From a virus (taxonomy: Duplodnaviria > Caudoviricetes), in IMG/VR virus record IMGVR_UViG_3300032332_000934, positions 32,001 to 96,000 of that record: a DNA stretch of 64,000 nt. One strand, 5' to 3'. The translations under genes and the position numbers were made by a program. Of the stretch, positions 17,587 through 26,105 are shown piece by piece. The notes beneath the pieces were generated by a model. It had not been told where the DNA came from, did no database searches, and saw only the letters and a list, made by a program, of their open reading frames with translations. The first letter of the stretch is position 1. Each line of letters starts with the position of its first letter.

Positions 17587-17789
17587 TATTTTCTCCCCCA
17601 TTTAACTTTATTCCAACCACGCTCATGGAAGTAATAAAGTATTGTTTTTGTTAGTACTTCAAACCCTGCAATTGATGCAGCTGTTATTGCCTTATGTGTT
17701 ATAAAGTATGACAACACAAAAGTATCTGCCGTTCCAATTATTCGCCAAGTGATTGCCTTTAGTGCTGATCTTTGTTTAGTTACATTCAT
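17586..17789 (-). CDS. DUF2061 membrane protein
   Basis: RSALKAITWRIIGT.DT...YYFHERGW..V.WG; AGGAG SD. Confidence 0.88.
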   Translation of the reverse strand: MNVTKQRSALKAITWRIIGTADTFVLSYFITHKAITAASIAGFEVLTKTILYYFHERGWNKVKWGRK

Positions 17790-17831
17790 TGCCCTGCTCC
17801 TAAAGCCAGCCATGACAAAACTTCTTTTAGT

Positions 17832-18593
17832 TTAGATACCCATCTCTTTACGTTTTTGCGTAGCGCTAATAGCATGAATGTCTGCCCCCAAATCTACTTG
17901 TTCAATCTTATATCCTACATCACGACCATACACAATGTTAGTAATGTTAGGTAGTCTTAGTACTAATGCGCCATCCATAAATTCATCCTTGGCAATATAT
18001 TCTTTTACCTGGTCAAACTTAAGTGGATCTTTCTCACTTGTATTATATGTATTGCGGACTCCAAGTAGTACCTGATCTGTTCTTTTCCCCGCCTCTTTGT
18101 AAAGGGCGTGGTGGCCTTCGTGCCAAGGCTGGTACCTACCAAGCATAAGTGTTGTAGGTGCAGACCAATCATGTAGATTAAACTTATCAATTATATGAGA
18201 TGCCTTTGCTTCTGCATCTAGGTTATGGCTAATAAATGATACATCAAACTCTGTTGGTCTTTCAAACATTTTATTTGTGTCTTCAAAACGGCCTTCTGCA
18301 AGAGTATCCATAAACACAAGTACGTCTGGCTTACCAAAAGCTGATCGTGTTAGTTCCGTTGGGCATACGAAGTCAACAACTACTGGAGCAACACCTTGTT
18401 TAGATATTAACCTTGCCATCTCTCCCATGCGTCGAGCCTGCTCAAGCCTGTCGTCTAGACTAAACCCTAAATCAGAATTTACTGTTGCACGAACTTCGTC
18501 AGCATTAAGGTGAATAGCATTAATGCGCTCTTTCAAGGCTTTTGCAAGTTCTGTCTTCCCAGAACCTGGTAATCCAATAATTTGTATAATCAT
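17832..18593 (-). CDS. cysC: adenylylsulfate kinase-like P-loop domain fused to HxGH nucleotidyltransferase domain
   Basis: GLPGSGKT, NADEVR, DLGFS..DR, FE.P (APS kinase); GRYQPWHEGH and ISAT (cytidylyltransferase-like). Confidence 0.8.
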   Translation of the reverse strand: MIIQIIGLPGSGKTELAKALKERINAIHLNADEVRATVNSDLGFSLDDRLEQARRMGEMARLISKQGVAPVVVDFVCPTELTRSAFGKPDVLVFMDTLAEGRFEDTNKMFERPTEFDVSFISHNLDAEAKASHIIDKFNLHDWSAPTTLMLGRYQPWHEGHHALYKEAGKRTDQVLLGVRNTYNTSEKDPLKFDQVKEYIAKDEFMDGALVLRLPNITNIVYGRDVGYKIEQVDLGADIHAISATQKRKEMGI

Positions 18594-18612
18594 TTTAATC
18601 TTTCTGTTAGAA

Positions 18613-18638
18613 GGGCAGTTTTTGGACATACCCAGGTC
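18613..18638 (-). ncRNA. candidate small H-type pseudoknot RNA, copy 1
   Basis: GAC-CTGGGTAT-GTC-C-AAAAACTGCCC; P1 GAC/GTC, P2 GGGTA/TGCCC; covaries with the copy at 19288. Confidence 0.5.
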
Positions 18639-18644
18639 TCAATT

Positions 18645-19061
18645 TTATTTAATTTTTAGAATTTTTGGTTGTTTTTCTTTTGGTAGATTTCTAACTACAA
18701 GGATATTTAGCATACCGTCCTTTAGCTCTACACTAGAAACTTCCATGTATTCACTTAGCTCGAAGATTCTTGTAAACTTACGTGCAGCGATTCCCTTATG
18801 TACAACCTTTGCATCTGTTATTTCAGTAATTTCACCTGTAATCCAAAGACTTCCGTCTTCAATAGATACAGTTAAATCTTCTCTCGTGAATCCAGCAACT
18901 GCCAGTGTTAGCTGGTAATTGTCTTCGTCTAGCTTTAGCAAATCATACGGCGGAAACGCTGTGTTGTTTACCTTACTAAGACTATTAAAACGCTCCAACT
19001 CTCTGTTGAAGCCAATAAAAAATGGATCCTTAAAAAGATCCATCGCAAACTGTGTTACCAT
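18645..19061 (-). CDS. hsp20: small heat shock protein Hsp20 (IbpA-like)
   Basis: FPPYD, LAVAGF, HKGIA.R.F.R.F.L, L.DGML.I. Confidence 0.95.
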   Translation of the reverse strand: MVTQFAMDLFKDPFFIGFNRELERFNSLSKVNNTAFPPYDLLKLDEDNYQLTLAVAGFTREDLTVSIEDGSLWITGEITEITDAKVVHKGIAARKFTRIFELSEYMEVSSVELKDGMLNILVVRNLPKEKQPKILKIK

Positions 19062-19063
19062 AA

Positions 19064-19084
19064 TATTCCCCTTTCAAGCGAATA
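19064..19084 (-). promoter_or_regulatory. ROSE-like RNA thermometer hairpin over the hsp20 SD
   Basis: UAUUC(G)CUU-GAAA-GGGGAAUA: UCGCU with bulged G paired to the SD. Confidence 0.5.
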
Positions 19085-19092
19085 GTTTAATT

Positions 19093-19127
19093 TAGGCCCC
19101 TTTTGGCGACCTATTTTAATTATATCA
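19093..19127 (-). promoter_or_regulatory. extended -10 promoter plus 5' hairpin for hsp20
   Basis: TGATATAAT at 19127-19119; TAGGTCGCC-AAAA-GGGGCCTA stem. Confidence 0.6.
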
Positions 19128-19132
19128 TATTG

Positions 19133-19205
19133 CTGGGGATATAGGGCTCGAACCTATGACCTAGAAATTAACAGTTTCCCGCTCTGCCAGCTGAGCTAAT
19201 CCCCA
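19133..19205 (-). tRNA. tRNA-Asn(GTT)
   Basis: Acceptor TGGGGAT/ATCCCCA, D arm, loop CTGTTAA, T loop TTCGAGC; no encoded CCA. Confidence 0.92.
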
Positions 19206-19209
19206 ATCG

Positions 19210-19282
19210 TGTCCCCAGATGGTATCGAACCATCGACCCGCAGATTAAAAGTCTGCTGCTCTACCAGCTGAGCTATAGGAAC
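19210..19282 (-). tRNA. tRNA-Lys(TTT)
   Basis: Acceptor GTTCCTA/TGGGGAC, anticodon arm GCAGA-CTTTTAA-TCTGC, GGTTCGA. Confidence 0.93.
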
Positions 19283-19287
19283 AATGC

Positions 19288-19313
19288 TGGCAGTTTTAAT
19301 TCATACCAAGGAA
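19288..19313 (-). ncRNA. candidate small H-type pseudoknot RNA, copy 2
   Basis: TTC-CTTGGTAT-GAA-TT-AAAACTGCCA; P1 TTC/GAA, P2 TGGTA/TGCCA. Confidence 0.5.
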
Positions 19314-19319
19314 ATCAAT

Positions 19320-19832
19320 CTAGGCTGACAAGATTTTAGACAACGCATTAATTGTTGCTGCAATTCTTCCGATATCACGCAACTGTTCAACACTATATCC
19401 TTCTTCTTTTAATGTATCATAATGTGCTTTAACACAAAAATGACATTTGCCAACTATTGATGATGCCAATGAGTATGCTTCAAACTTACCTTTTGTTGTA
19501 CCTCCGTGAGATGATATAGCATTCATTCTAAGTTGTGCTGGTAATCCTTTAAGATTAGCATCGTCAGCCATTTCAATAAAAGGATACCATGTATTATTTT
19601 GTGCCATTATGGCACCAGCTGTAAGGGCTGCATTTTTTTCAACTTCATCTGTTGCACTTGCAACTATAAATGCAAGCAACTTGGCGTTTCCAGTTGCAAA
19701 TGCTGATGAAATTGAAATGTATGTAGCATGCTCTGGATCAATAGTAGACCTATTAATAACGGCATCCAGGTTTAATTTTATATCTTTAGCATACTCTGGA
19801 AGAGATTCTTTAAGTTGGTCTACCCATGTCAT
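19320..19832 (-). CDS. ahpD: alkyl hydroperoxide reductase AhpD
   Basis: LPEYAKDIKLNL, MAQNN.WY, A.LRMN, CHFC..AH motif. Confidence 0.93.
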   Translation of the reverse strand: MTWVDQLKESLPEYAKDIKLNLDAVINRSTIDPEHATYISISSAFATGNAKLLAFIVASATDEVEKNAALTAGAIMAQNNTWYPFIEMADDANLKGLPAQLRMNAISSHGGTTKGKFEAYSLASSIVGKCHFCVKAHYDTLKEEGYSVEQLRDIGRIAATINALSKILSA

Positions 19833-20368
19833 TAAAGAGTTTCTCCACCTAATGACCTATTGCATGCACACAGCTCTCCTGTTTGCAATGCATCTAGTAT
19901 GCGAAGTGTTTCGTCTGGGTTTCTTCCTACATCTAGATTATTTACAGTTACATGCTGAATAATATTTTCTGGATCAACAATAAATGTAGCACGATATGTA
20001 ACTCCAGAAGAGTGGTGAACCCCAAGGTCGCTAGCTAGTTGATGCGCTGTATCTGCAAATGACCATGAGTTTGTCTTCTTAAGATCATCATGTGCATTTC
20101 TCCATGCAATTTTACAAAATTCATTATCAACAGAACCAGTCATAAGAACTGTATCTCTATCATTAAAATCATTCACTAAAGCATCGTATGCAACAATTTC
20201 AGTTGGGCATACAAATGTAAAGTCCTTGGGATAAAAAGCAATAACTTTCCATTTTCCTGGAAAAGATTCTTGCGTAATTATTTCAAAAGAGGATTCATCG
20301 TACGACAAAGCCCCTGGCTTAACTCCAGTAACAGCAAAGTTACCAATCTTATCTCCTACGGTTTTCAT
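19832..20368 (-). CDS. ahpC: peroxiredoxin AhpC
   Basis: FYPKDFTFVCPTE, RATFIVDP, GRN.DE.LR, ELCACN. Confidence 0.95.
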   Translation of the reverse strand: MKTVGDKIGNFAVTGVKPGALSYDESSFEIITQESFPGKWKVIAFYPKDFTFVCPTEIVAYDALVNDFNDRDTVLMTGSVDNEFCKIAWRNAHDDLKKTNSWSFADTAHQLASDLGVHHSSGVTYRATFIVDPENIIQHVTVNNLDVGRNPDETLRILDALQTGELCACNRSLGGETL

Positions 20369-20405
20369 TTTTCTCCTTATGTATAAGTGATGATACTGTG
20401 TATCG

Positions 20406-20477
20406 CACCCCTGGCTGGATTCGAACCAGCGGCCAACAGATTAGAAGTCTGTTGCTCTTCCTCTGAGCTACAGAGGT
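20406..20477 (-). tRNA. tRNA-Arg(TCT)
   Basis: Acceptor ACCTCTG/CAGGGGT, anticodon arm ACAGA-CTTCTAA-TCTGT, GGTTCGAATCC. Confidence 0.93.
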
Positions 20478-20485
20478 ATAAGAAC

Positions 20486-20514
20486 ATTATACTATTTATT
20501 CAAAATATTATCAA
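20486..20514 (-). promoter_or_regulatory. sigma70-type promoter for tRNA-Arg/ahpCD
   Basis: TTGATA-17 nt-TATAAT. Confidence 0.6.
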
Positions 20515-21541
20515 TAGGTACTGTCTTTAAATATTCAGAATAACATCTCTCAGCCATATGAATATTCCAATGTATTCCCTTGTGTCCATTTTTACGACCA
20601 TCAGACTCGATAGTCATGTCTGCTGCATAATCAAAAAGCGGGTGTTCTAAATACTCAACATGGCATTCAGGATTATCTTTTACAAAATTGAAATCGTTCA
20701 TTGTGCTATCAAAAAAGAATCCAGATGTATTTTCATTTAAAATATTCTCCACCCTATTGGATGCAAACATTGTTTCCCATCCAGTCCAAATAAATTTAAT
20801 ACCAGCTTCTTTACAATATGTAGAAAATATATTAATAAAAGAAAATGTCTCTAAAATATGATCCTCCATTGGAATTACTTCATCATATTTATATGGAGCT
20901 TTAGAAATTTGCTTAAAATTATTTTTTACATGCATGCAATTAAATGGCCCAGCTAAATTATTTTTAGAGCTTATTATCTTTCCTGGAACTGCAAATTTTT
21001 CAGATCGATACAATGGGAAGCATGCAAAAATAGCATCTGGTTTACCAAATTGATTTATAAAGGAAATAGCTTTCATTATTGAGCCTCTAGCGCTATCACC
21101 AGGAGCTCCTAAGTTCACAACTCTACAATTAAATATTTTTTCAAGCTGTGCTGGCCAAGTAAACTCTTCTTCTAAAGAAGTGCCGAAGGTCTGAGAGCAC
21201 CCTATAGCAATAAATTTTTCTGAGCCATCAATATATTCGCCCCTGTATCCAATATTATTAAACCTATACTGTATTTCTTTTTCTTCTTCATTAAAAATAT
21301 ATTTATGTTTTTTCCTATAGTCAGGATGCACATCAAAATTTTCTTTAAACATCTTCATTTGATCTATCATATCACTATCCGATAGAGTTAAATTATAATC
21401 AGGGGATTGCATGTGTCTTGAATTAGTTGCTGCATTTATATCAGATAACACACTTCTACGAAGTGGGCTTCTGAAAGCCGACATTATCGCAAATATTATA
21501 GGGTCTGAGTCATAATCAACTTTAATAACATTTTTATTCAT
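20492..21541 (-). CDS. SGNH/GDSL-like hydrolase or acyltransferase
   Basis: FNNIGYRG, IAIGCSQTFG, VNLGAPGDS, C-terminal D....H.G...H. Confidence 0.6.
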   Translation of the reverse strand: MNKNVIKVDYDSDPIIFAIMSAFRSPLRRSVLSDINAATNSRHMQSPDYNLTLSDSDMIDQMKMFKENFDVHPDYRKKHKYIFNEEEKEIQYRFNNIGYRGEYIDGSEKFIAIGCSQTFGTSLEEEFTWPAQLEKIFNCRVVNLGAPGDSARGSIMKAISFINQFGKPDAIFACFPLYRSEKFAVPGKIISSKNNLAGPFNCMHVKNNFKQISKAPYKYDEVIPMEDHILETFSFINIFSTYCKEAGIKFIWTGWETMFASNRVENILNENTSGFFFDSTMNDFNFVKDNPECHVEYLEHPLFDYAADMTIESDGRKNGHKGIHWNIHMAERCYSEYLKTVPIDNILNK

Positions 21542-22969
21542 CTATTGCCCCCTAATAATTTTAAAATTATATTCATTTTCCCATGCAACAACATCTAACT
21601 CATCATTTAATAATGGCTGGCCCTTGATATTTAGGCTAGTATTAAGGAGTACTGGTACTCCAGTTTCTAGGTAAAATTTACTTAAAACCCTATATAGTCC
21701 TCTATGCTGGTCCCTGTTTACCGTTTGTACTCTAGAAGTTCCATCTGCATGAACAACAGATGGAATTATTTCTGGCTTTAAACACTTTACTGTGTACTGC
21801 ATATAAGGACTTGCAAAATCCATATCAAACCATTGAGATGCACATTCTTCCATTATAACTGGGGCAAATGGTCTAAATAGTTCTCTCTGTTTAATTAAAT
21901 TAACTTTGTCTTTAATGTTTGGATTTCTTGGATCTGCAAGTATACTTCTATTTCCCAAGGCTCTTGGACCATACTCTGCTCTACCTGATGCTACTGCTAC
22001 AATTCCATCTTTTAATATACCATCGACAATTTGCTGAACAGGATACTCTCCTCCAAGGTCGTAGCCAAGATAAGGGGTATTCCAATTGATATGCTTACCG
22101 TATAGTGCTGCTGCTGCACCCAGAGAGCTACCAGCGTCTCCTGGGTTTGGCATAATCCAAACTTTATCAAATATATTCCAAAGGAGTGTATTTGCTGATG
22201 AGTTAAGTGCACACCCTCCCATAAAAACTAAATTCTTTTTGCCAGTAATTGAATATGCCATATGCATAAAATCATTTAGTCTTTGCTCGTATACAAATTG
22301 AACTGATGCAGCAATGTCGAACTTATCCTGTTCGGATATATCCAGGTTCCAATCATTAATGCCTTTATGAAAATTGTATTTTTGTTTATTGTATTCTGGG
22401 AAGTAATTGTTTACTTCTTTGTAATAACGTTTCCAATCACCATAGGCAGCCATGCCCATCATTATGTACTCTTCTTGGTTTGGCATAAAACCAATTAATT
22501 TTGTAAAAGCTGAATAAAATAATCCAAAGCTAACTGGGTAGTTTTGCTTATACTTAAATCTAATCTTATCCCCTTCTCCAACCCAGATTGTAGAAGTGTT
22601 GTATTCCCCTATTGCATCCAAAACAACAATAGCGGACTCATTAAATGAACTTGTATAATATCCAGCTGCAGCATGAGAGTAATGGTGCTTAAAATAATGC
22701 ACTGGAAGGTCTAATGGAAAATTTGGTCTCCAGTCACTAGAACCACCATACAGCATCATTCTAGATTTTTTAAGCAGAGGCTTTTCATAATATGCAATTG
22801 CATTTGGTGTTCCGTAATTTAATGCATCAAGAATAATGTCATTGTTGTTATACCAATCATTTTTCTTTTTGCTATATCTTTCTGCATGACCAGCAAACAA
22901 AATCTCACCGTCTTTAATTAAAGACACTGATGCATCATGAGATGTCTCATTTATTCCAAGTATGATCAT
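21542..22969 (-). CDS. carbamoyltransferase (NodU/CmcH family)
   Basis: HDAS, HHYSHAA, DAIGE, GGCALN, GDAG, E.GPRALGNRS, RE.FRPFAP, H.DGTSR.Q, LNTSLN. Confidence 0.95.
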   Translation of the reverse strand: MIILGINETSHDASVSLIKDGEILFAGHAERYSKKKNDWYNNNDIILDALNYGTPNAIAYYEKPLLKKSRMMLYGGSSDWRPNFPLDLPVHYFKHHYSHAAAGYYTSSFNESAIVVLDAIGEYNTSTIWVGEGDKIRFKYKQNYPVSFGLFYSAFTKLIGFMPNQEEYIMMGMAAYGDWKRYYKEVNNYFPEYNKQKYNFHKGINDWNLDISEQDKFDIAASVQFVYEQRLNDFMHMAYSITGKKNLVFMGGCALNSSANTLLWNIFDKVWIMPNPGDAGSSLGAAAALYGKHINWNTPYLGYDLGGEYPVQQIVDGILKDGIVAVASGRAEYGPRALGNRSILADPRNPNIKDKVNLIKQRELFRPFAPVIMEECASQWFDMDFASPYMQYTVKCLKPEIIPSVVHADGTSRVQTVNRDQHRGLYRVLSKFYLETGVPVLLNTSLNIKGQPLLNDELDVVAWENEYNFKIIRGQ

Positions 22970-23067
22970 TAGTAAATAAAGTCTTCGCTGTCTCTTTTAG
23001 GCTTTACTATTTTTTTTCTTACATACAAATAAATTTTATATAAGTAATACTCTATTTTAATTTTCAT
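22969..23067 (-). CDS. micropeptide (32 aa) coupled to carbamoyltransferase
   Basis: MKIKIEYYLYKIYLYVRKKIVKPKRDSEDFIY; TAATG overlap with carbamoyltransferase start. Confidence 0.55.
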   Translation of the reverse strand: MKIKIEYYLYKIYLYVRKKIVKPKRDSEDFIY

Positions 23068-23398
23068 ATGGGTTAAACCTTTCAATATCTTCTACTGGTA
23101 TGATACCTTTAGACTCTGCAATTTTAAATCCCTCTTCGGTAAAATTAAAGGTAGCATTTAGCTCTTCATCATATTCAACTTCCATAAGGCCATTATTCAT
23201 TAAATCAATAAGTTCTGAGTCCACATACTCTTCGTGAGCCTGCCAAAGATCTGGAGCTAGTAGTGATGTAGTTTCTTCATTTAGTTCAAATATAGCTTCT
23301 CCGTCTTCGGTAAATCCAGCTATCCTTATTGCACCAATTTCTAAATAGTGCTGGATCCTAAGCATCATCTCATCTTCATCATCATACTCATCAAACAT
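23057..23398 (-). CDS. acidic hypothetical protein
   Basis: 113 aa ORF with GGAGG SD. Confidence 0.75.
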   Translation of the reverse strand: MFDEYDDEDEMMLRIQHYLEIGAIRIAGFTEDGEAIFELNEETTSLLAPDLWQAHEEYVDSELIDLMNNGLMEVEYDEELNATFNFTEEGFKIAESKGIIPVEDIERFNPYEN

Positions 23399-23409
23399 TA
23401 TTCCTCCTG

Positions 23410-23483
23410 TGCAACAAGTAGGACTTGAACCTACGATTACCGAATTATGAGTTCGGGGCTTTAACCGACTAAGCTATTGTTGC
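23410..23483 (-). tRNA. tRNA with CAT anticodon (Ile2 or elongator Met)
   Basis: Acceptor GCAACAA/TTGTTGC, CCGAA-CTCATAA-TTCGG arm, GGTTCAAGTCC; paired 1-72 and no 3GC stem, so not initiator. Confidence 0.88.
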
Positions 23484-23492
23484 CTAGCCTAA

Positions 23493-23741
23493 TTATATTA
23501 TTTTATCATCATTATTGTCAATGGACTGCTCTACTACCTTTTGAACATACTCAGAAAAATGTTTTCTTATACTTCCTGGTGGCCTCTTGCCTATTTCCGT
23601 CCAAACTCTTTTATATTCATGTATGTTATCAAAAGTTGTTGGGCAAAGTAGTACCCCGTTGTATTCTTTTAATCTGGTTGGCAGGGGAACATGCTTGCTA
23701 CAGCAAACACACGCCTTTGCTTTTTCTTGATATATACTCAT
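23493..23741 (-). CDS. hypothetical protein
   Basis: 82 aa ORF, CxxC..LCPTT; ATGA overlap with terminase stop. Confidence 0.7.
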   Translation of the reverse strand: MSIYQEKAKACVCCSKHVPLPTRLKEYNGVLLCPTTFDNIHEYKRVWTEIGKRPPGSIRKHFSEYVQKVVEQSIDNNDDKII

Positions 23742-25528
23742 ACTATTTCCATTCCGCTCAGTGCATCAGAAAGATCTCTTGGCATTGAAGATGGTGCTCT
23801 AATTAAATTAGGACTATCTACAACTAGAGATTCTCTATATTGTTTTTTAACAGATGAATAATCGTGCACCTCAATATCACCAAATGCCGCTCTAGTTAAA
23901 CTAATTGCGTTATAAATAGATCCGCAGACTGCGTCAGCTAAGTCCTTAGAACCTTTTCTTGGGTGGTCAACCTTGTCTCTCATAATTCTTAACTCTAACA
24001 ATTCATCAACAAGGAGTGGTATGTGGGGGCCATTCAATCTTTCTTCCAAGACAACCATAGCCATATCATCATAATGTTTTTTAGCTACAGATAAAGTTTC
24101 TGTATTGATTCCATATTGTTTTAGCTGCTGCATCATATCGTGAGAGTTCCATCGATCAAAAGTACATATTCTAATATTAAATCCTCTAGATCTTAATGAC
24201 AATATGTAATCTCTTACCTCTCCGAAGTCGACAGACTTGTCTGATGTAGGAGTCCAATACATTACGGCATCTACTTTAACAATTGGTGCTGGCTGAGAAT
24301 ATGTATCAGTTACTTTTACGCTAACAAACTTTTCAATGTGAGCCATGGACACGGCGCAGTGGTCATGCTTTTGAGCCAAGTCAACATGAATGTAGTAGTC
24401 TTTATCTTCTTCTGGGATAAACCATTCTTCAAATCTTCCAAAGCCGTCTACAGCTAAAGATAGGTCGTTAAAAGCCATTTCAATTTTTTCACGTGACTTA
24501 AAAAAAGCATCAATTGCTTCTGGTGGCATGCAAGCAAATCTTCCTAGAGCATCGGTAACATCTCTATAAAATGCAATTTTAAAGTCTTCTATGGTTCTAG
24601 TAGGATTAACTTCCCAGGTTGGCCTTTTGATTGCATACACTTTAGGATACTTGTAAGATATTATTTCATCTTGGTCCCAGAAGATTTCAAATTCATTCCC
24701 TACAGTATTGTTAGGAAGTTCTGGATCAAGCTTGAACTTGTGAGACATGGATATGGTTTCTTTTTCAGAAATAATATCGTCATACCTCTGCTGTATGTAA
24801 TCATTTTTAAATCTAGGGAAAGAAAGCAATATGACTTTACCATAGTCGGGGAAGCGTGAATCAACAGATGCCCTGTACATGTCGTAAATTCCACTGGATG
24901 TTTTTGCTTGGTCATGCCCACTTGTGTTGTCAAGCGCAAATCCAGAAATTTCATCAAGTACTGCTACAAGAACGTTGTAGCCCTCAAACGCTTCTCTTTC
25001 TGAGTGCCCAGAATAAACTGTAACATTCTTATCAAACTTTATTTCTGAAGCTTTTTCAAAGTATCTGCCAGCAAACCAAGGTGAGTGAGTTACTCTATTT
25101 TTAAATCCTTTAAAAAATACGTTGTTAGCTTGCTGTGCGTTAATAGCAATATTAATAATATCTATTGAGTCACCAGGTGGCTTACCGTAGTACGCAGCTG
25201 GGTCTCTTAAACATAAAAGCAAATATACTATATAGGCAACAGATATTGTCGAGCAATAATCTTTACCGCTTCCTTTTCCTAACTGAGCAACAACTTCATT
25301 GCATGTTTGCCTATATCTTAATGATCCTTCTTCTTCACCAAAAAGTTTTATAAGAGTTGATTCTTTATATATCTGAGATGATTTTTCTATCAATGTGTAC
25401 TGGTGCTTAGATAGTTCTGGCAATCCTAAATAGTTTTTATCAGTTACAAATGTTTCTAGATCGACTGGTCTTTCATCAAACTCTTCGCCATCTAGAATAT
25501 CAATAATGTCATTAAAATCAATGTCCAT
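23738..25528 (-). CDS. terL: terminase large subunit
   Basis: GKGSGKD Walker A, VLDE Walker B, nuclease HVDLA..D, TFDRWNS, DHP..GSKDLADA. Confidence 0.9.
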   Translation of the reverse strand: MDIDFNDIIDILDGEEFDERPVDLETFVTDKNYLGLPELSKHQYTLIEKSSQIYKESTLIKLFGEEEGSLRYRQTCNEVVAQLGKGSGKDYCSTISVAYIVYLLLCLRDPAAYYGKPPGDSIDIINIAINAQQANNVFFKGFKNRVTHSPWFAGRYFEKASEIKFDKNVTVYSGHSEREAFEGYNVLVAVLDEISGFALDNTSGHDQAKTSSGIYDMYRASVDSRFPDYGKVILLSFPRFKNDYIQQRYDDIISEKETISMSHKFKLDPELPNNTVGNEFEIFWDQDEIISYKYPKVYAIKRPTWEVNPTRTIEDFKIAFYRDVTDALGRFACMPPEAIDAFFKSREKIEMAFNDLSLAVDGFGRFEEWFIPEEDKDYYIHVDLAQKHDHCAVSMAHIEKFVSVKVTDTYSQPAPIVKVDAVMYWTPTSDKSVDFGEVRDYILSLRSRGFNIRICTFDRWNSHDMMQQLKQYGINTETLSVAKKHYDDMAMVVLEERLNGPHIPLLVDELLELRIMRDKVDHPRKGSKDLADAVCGSIYNAISLTRAAFGDIEVHDYSSVKKQYRESLVVDSPNLIRAPSSMPRDLSDALSGMEIV

Positions 25529-26105
25529 TTTTAATCTTTACATTCTTATATATATAGCCAGAAGTAGCGTATCTTTCTCCATCTAAAACTTCTTCAACGC
25601 CATGCTCACAGTAATCATCTGATCCATGAATAACAAGGTCTCCTGGGGAAGGCTTGTATTTTAATTTTTGTTTGCTATAAAAAAGCCCGCCGCCATTGAT
25701 TGGCAATTGATAATATACAATCGTTCCAAAAACTGAGAGCTGCTTGTCAATAAAGTCGTCTCCTTCTTTATACTCTTTAGCTAGCTCTTCAATTTCTTCA
25801 AAGTCGTGTACGTCTGAGTGGGCTCCCCACATATTTCCTTTAACCATTCTAACAACATGTGATGAATCTGAAGCATAGTGTTTGTCGTCTAATAAATTTT
25901 GAATTCTTTCCTTAAGGTAATCAACTGTTCTTGTGTTGTATGTACCCATTGTATTTGTAAAGTATTCACCAACATGCCAATCTTCTACATTTTTTACTTC
26001 CAAAAGAACCTTATCAATTTCATCCTGTGATATAAAATTTTTATATACATAGATTCTTTCACCAAGTATCTCGAAGTTAGTCAGATCAATTGGGCTATTA
26101 CTCAT
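25518..26105 (-). CDS. 2OG-Fe(II) oxygenase (P4H-like)
   Basis: HSD..FGTIVY..GGGL..YKPSPGDLVIH..HGVEEV..GERY. Confidence 0.85.
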   Translation of the reverse strand: MSNSPIDLTNFEILGERIYVYKNFISQDEIDKVLLEVKNVEDWHVGEYFTNTMGTYNTRTVDYLKERIQNLLDDKHYASDSSHVVRMVKGNMWGAHSDVHDFEEIEELAKEYKEGDDFIDKQLSVFGTIVYYQLPINGGGLFYSKQKLKYKPSPGDLVIHGSDDYCEHGVEEVLDGERYATSGYIYKNVKIKNGH

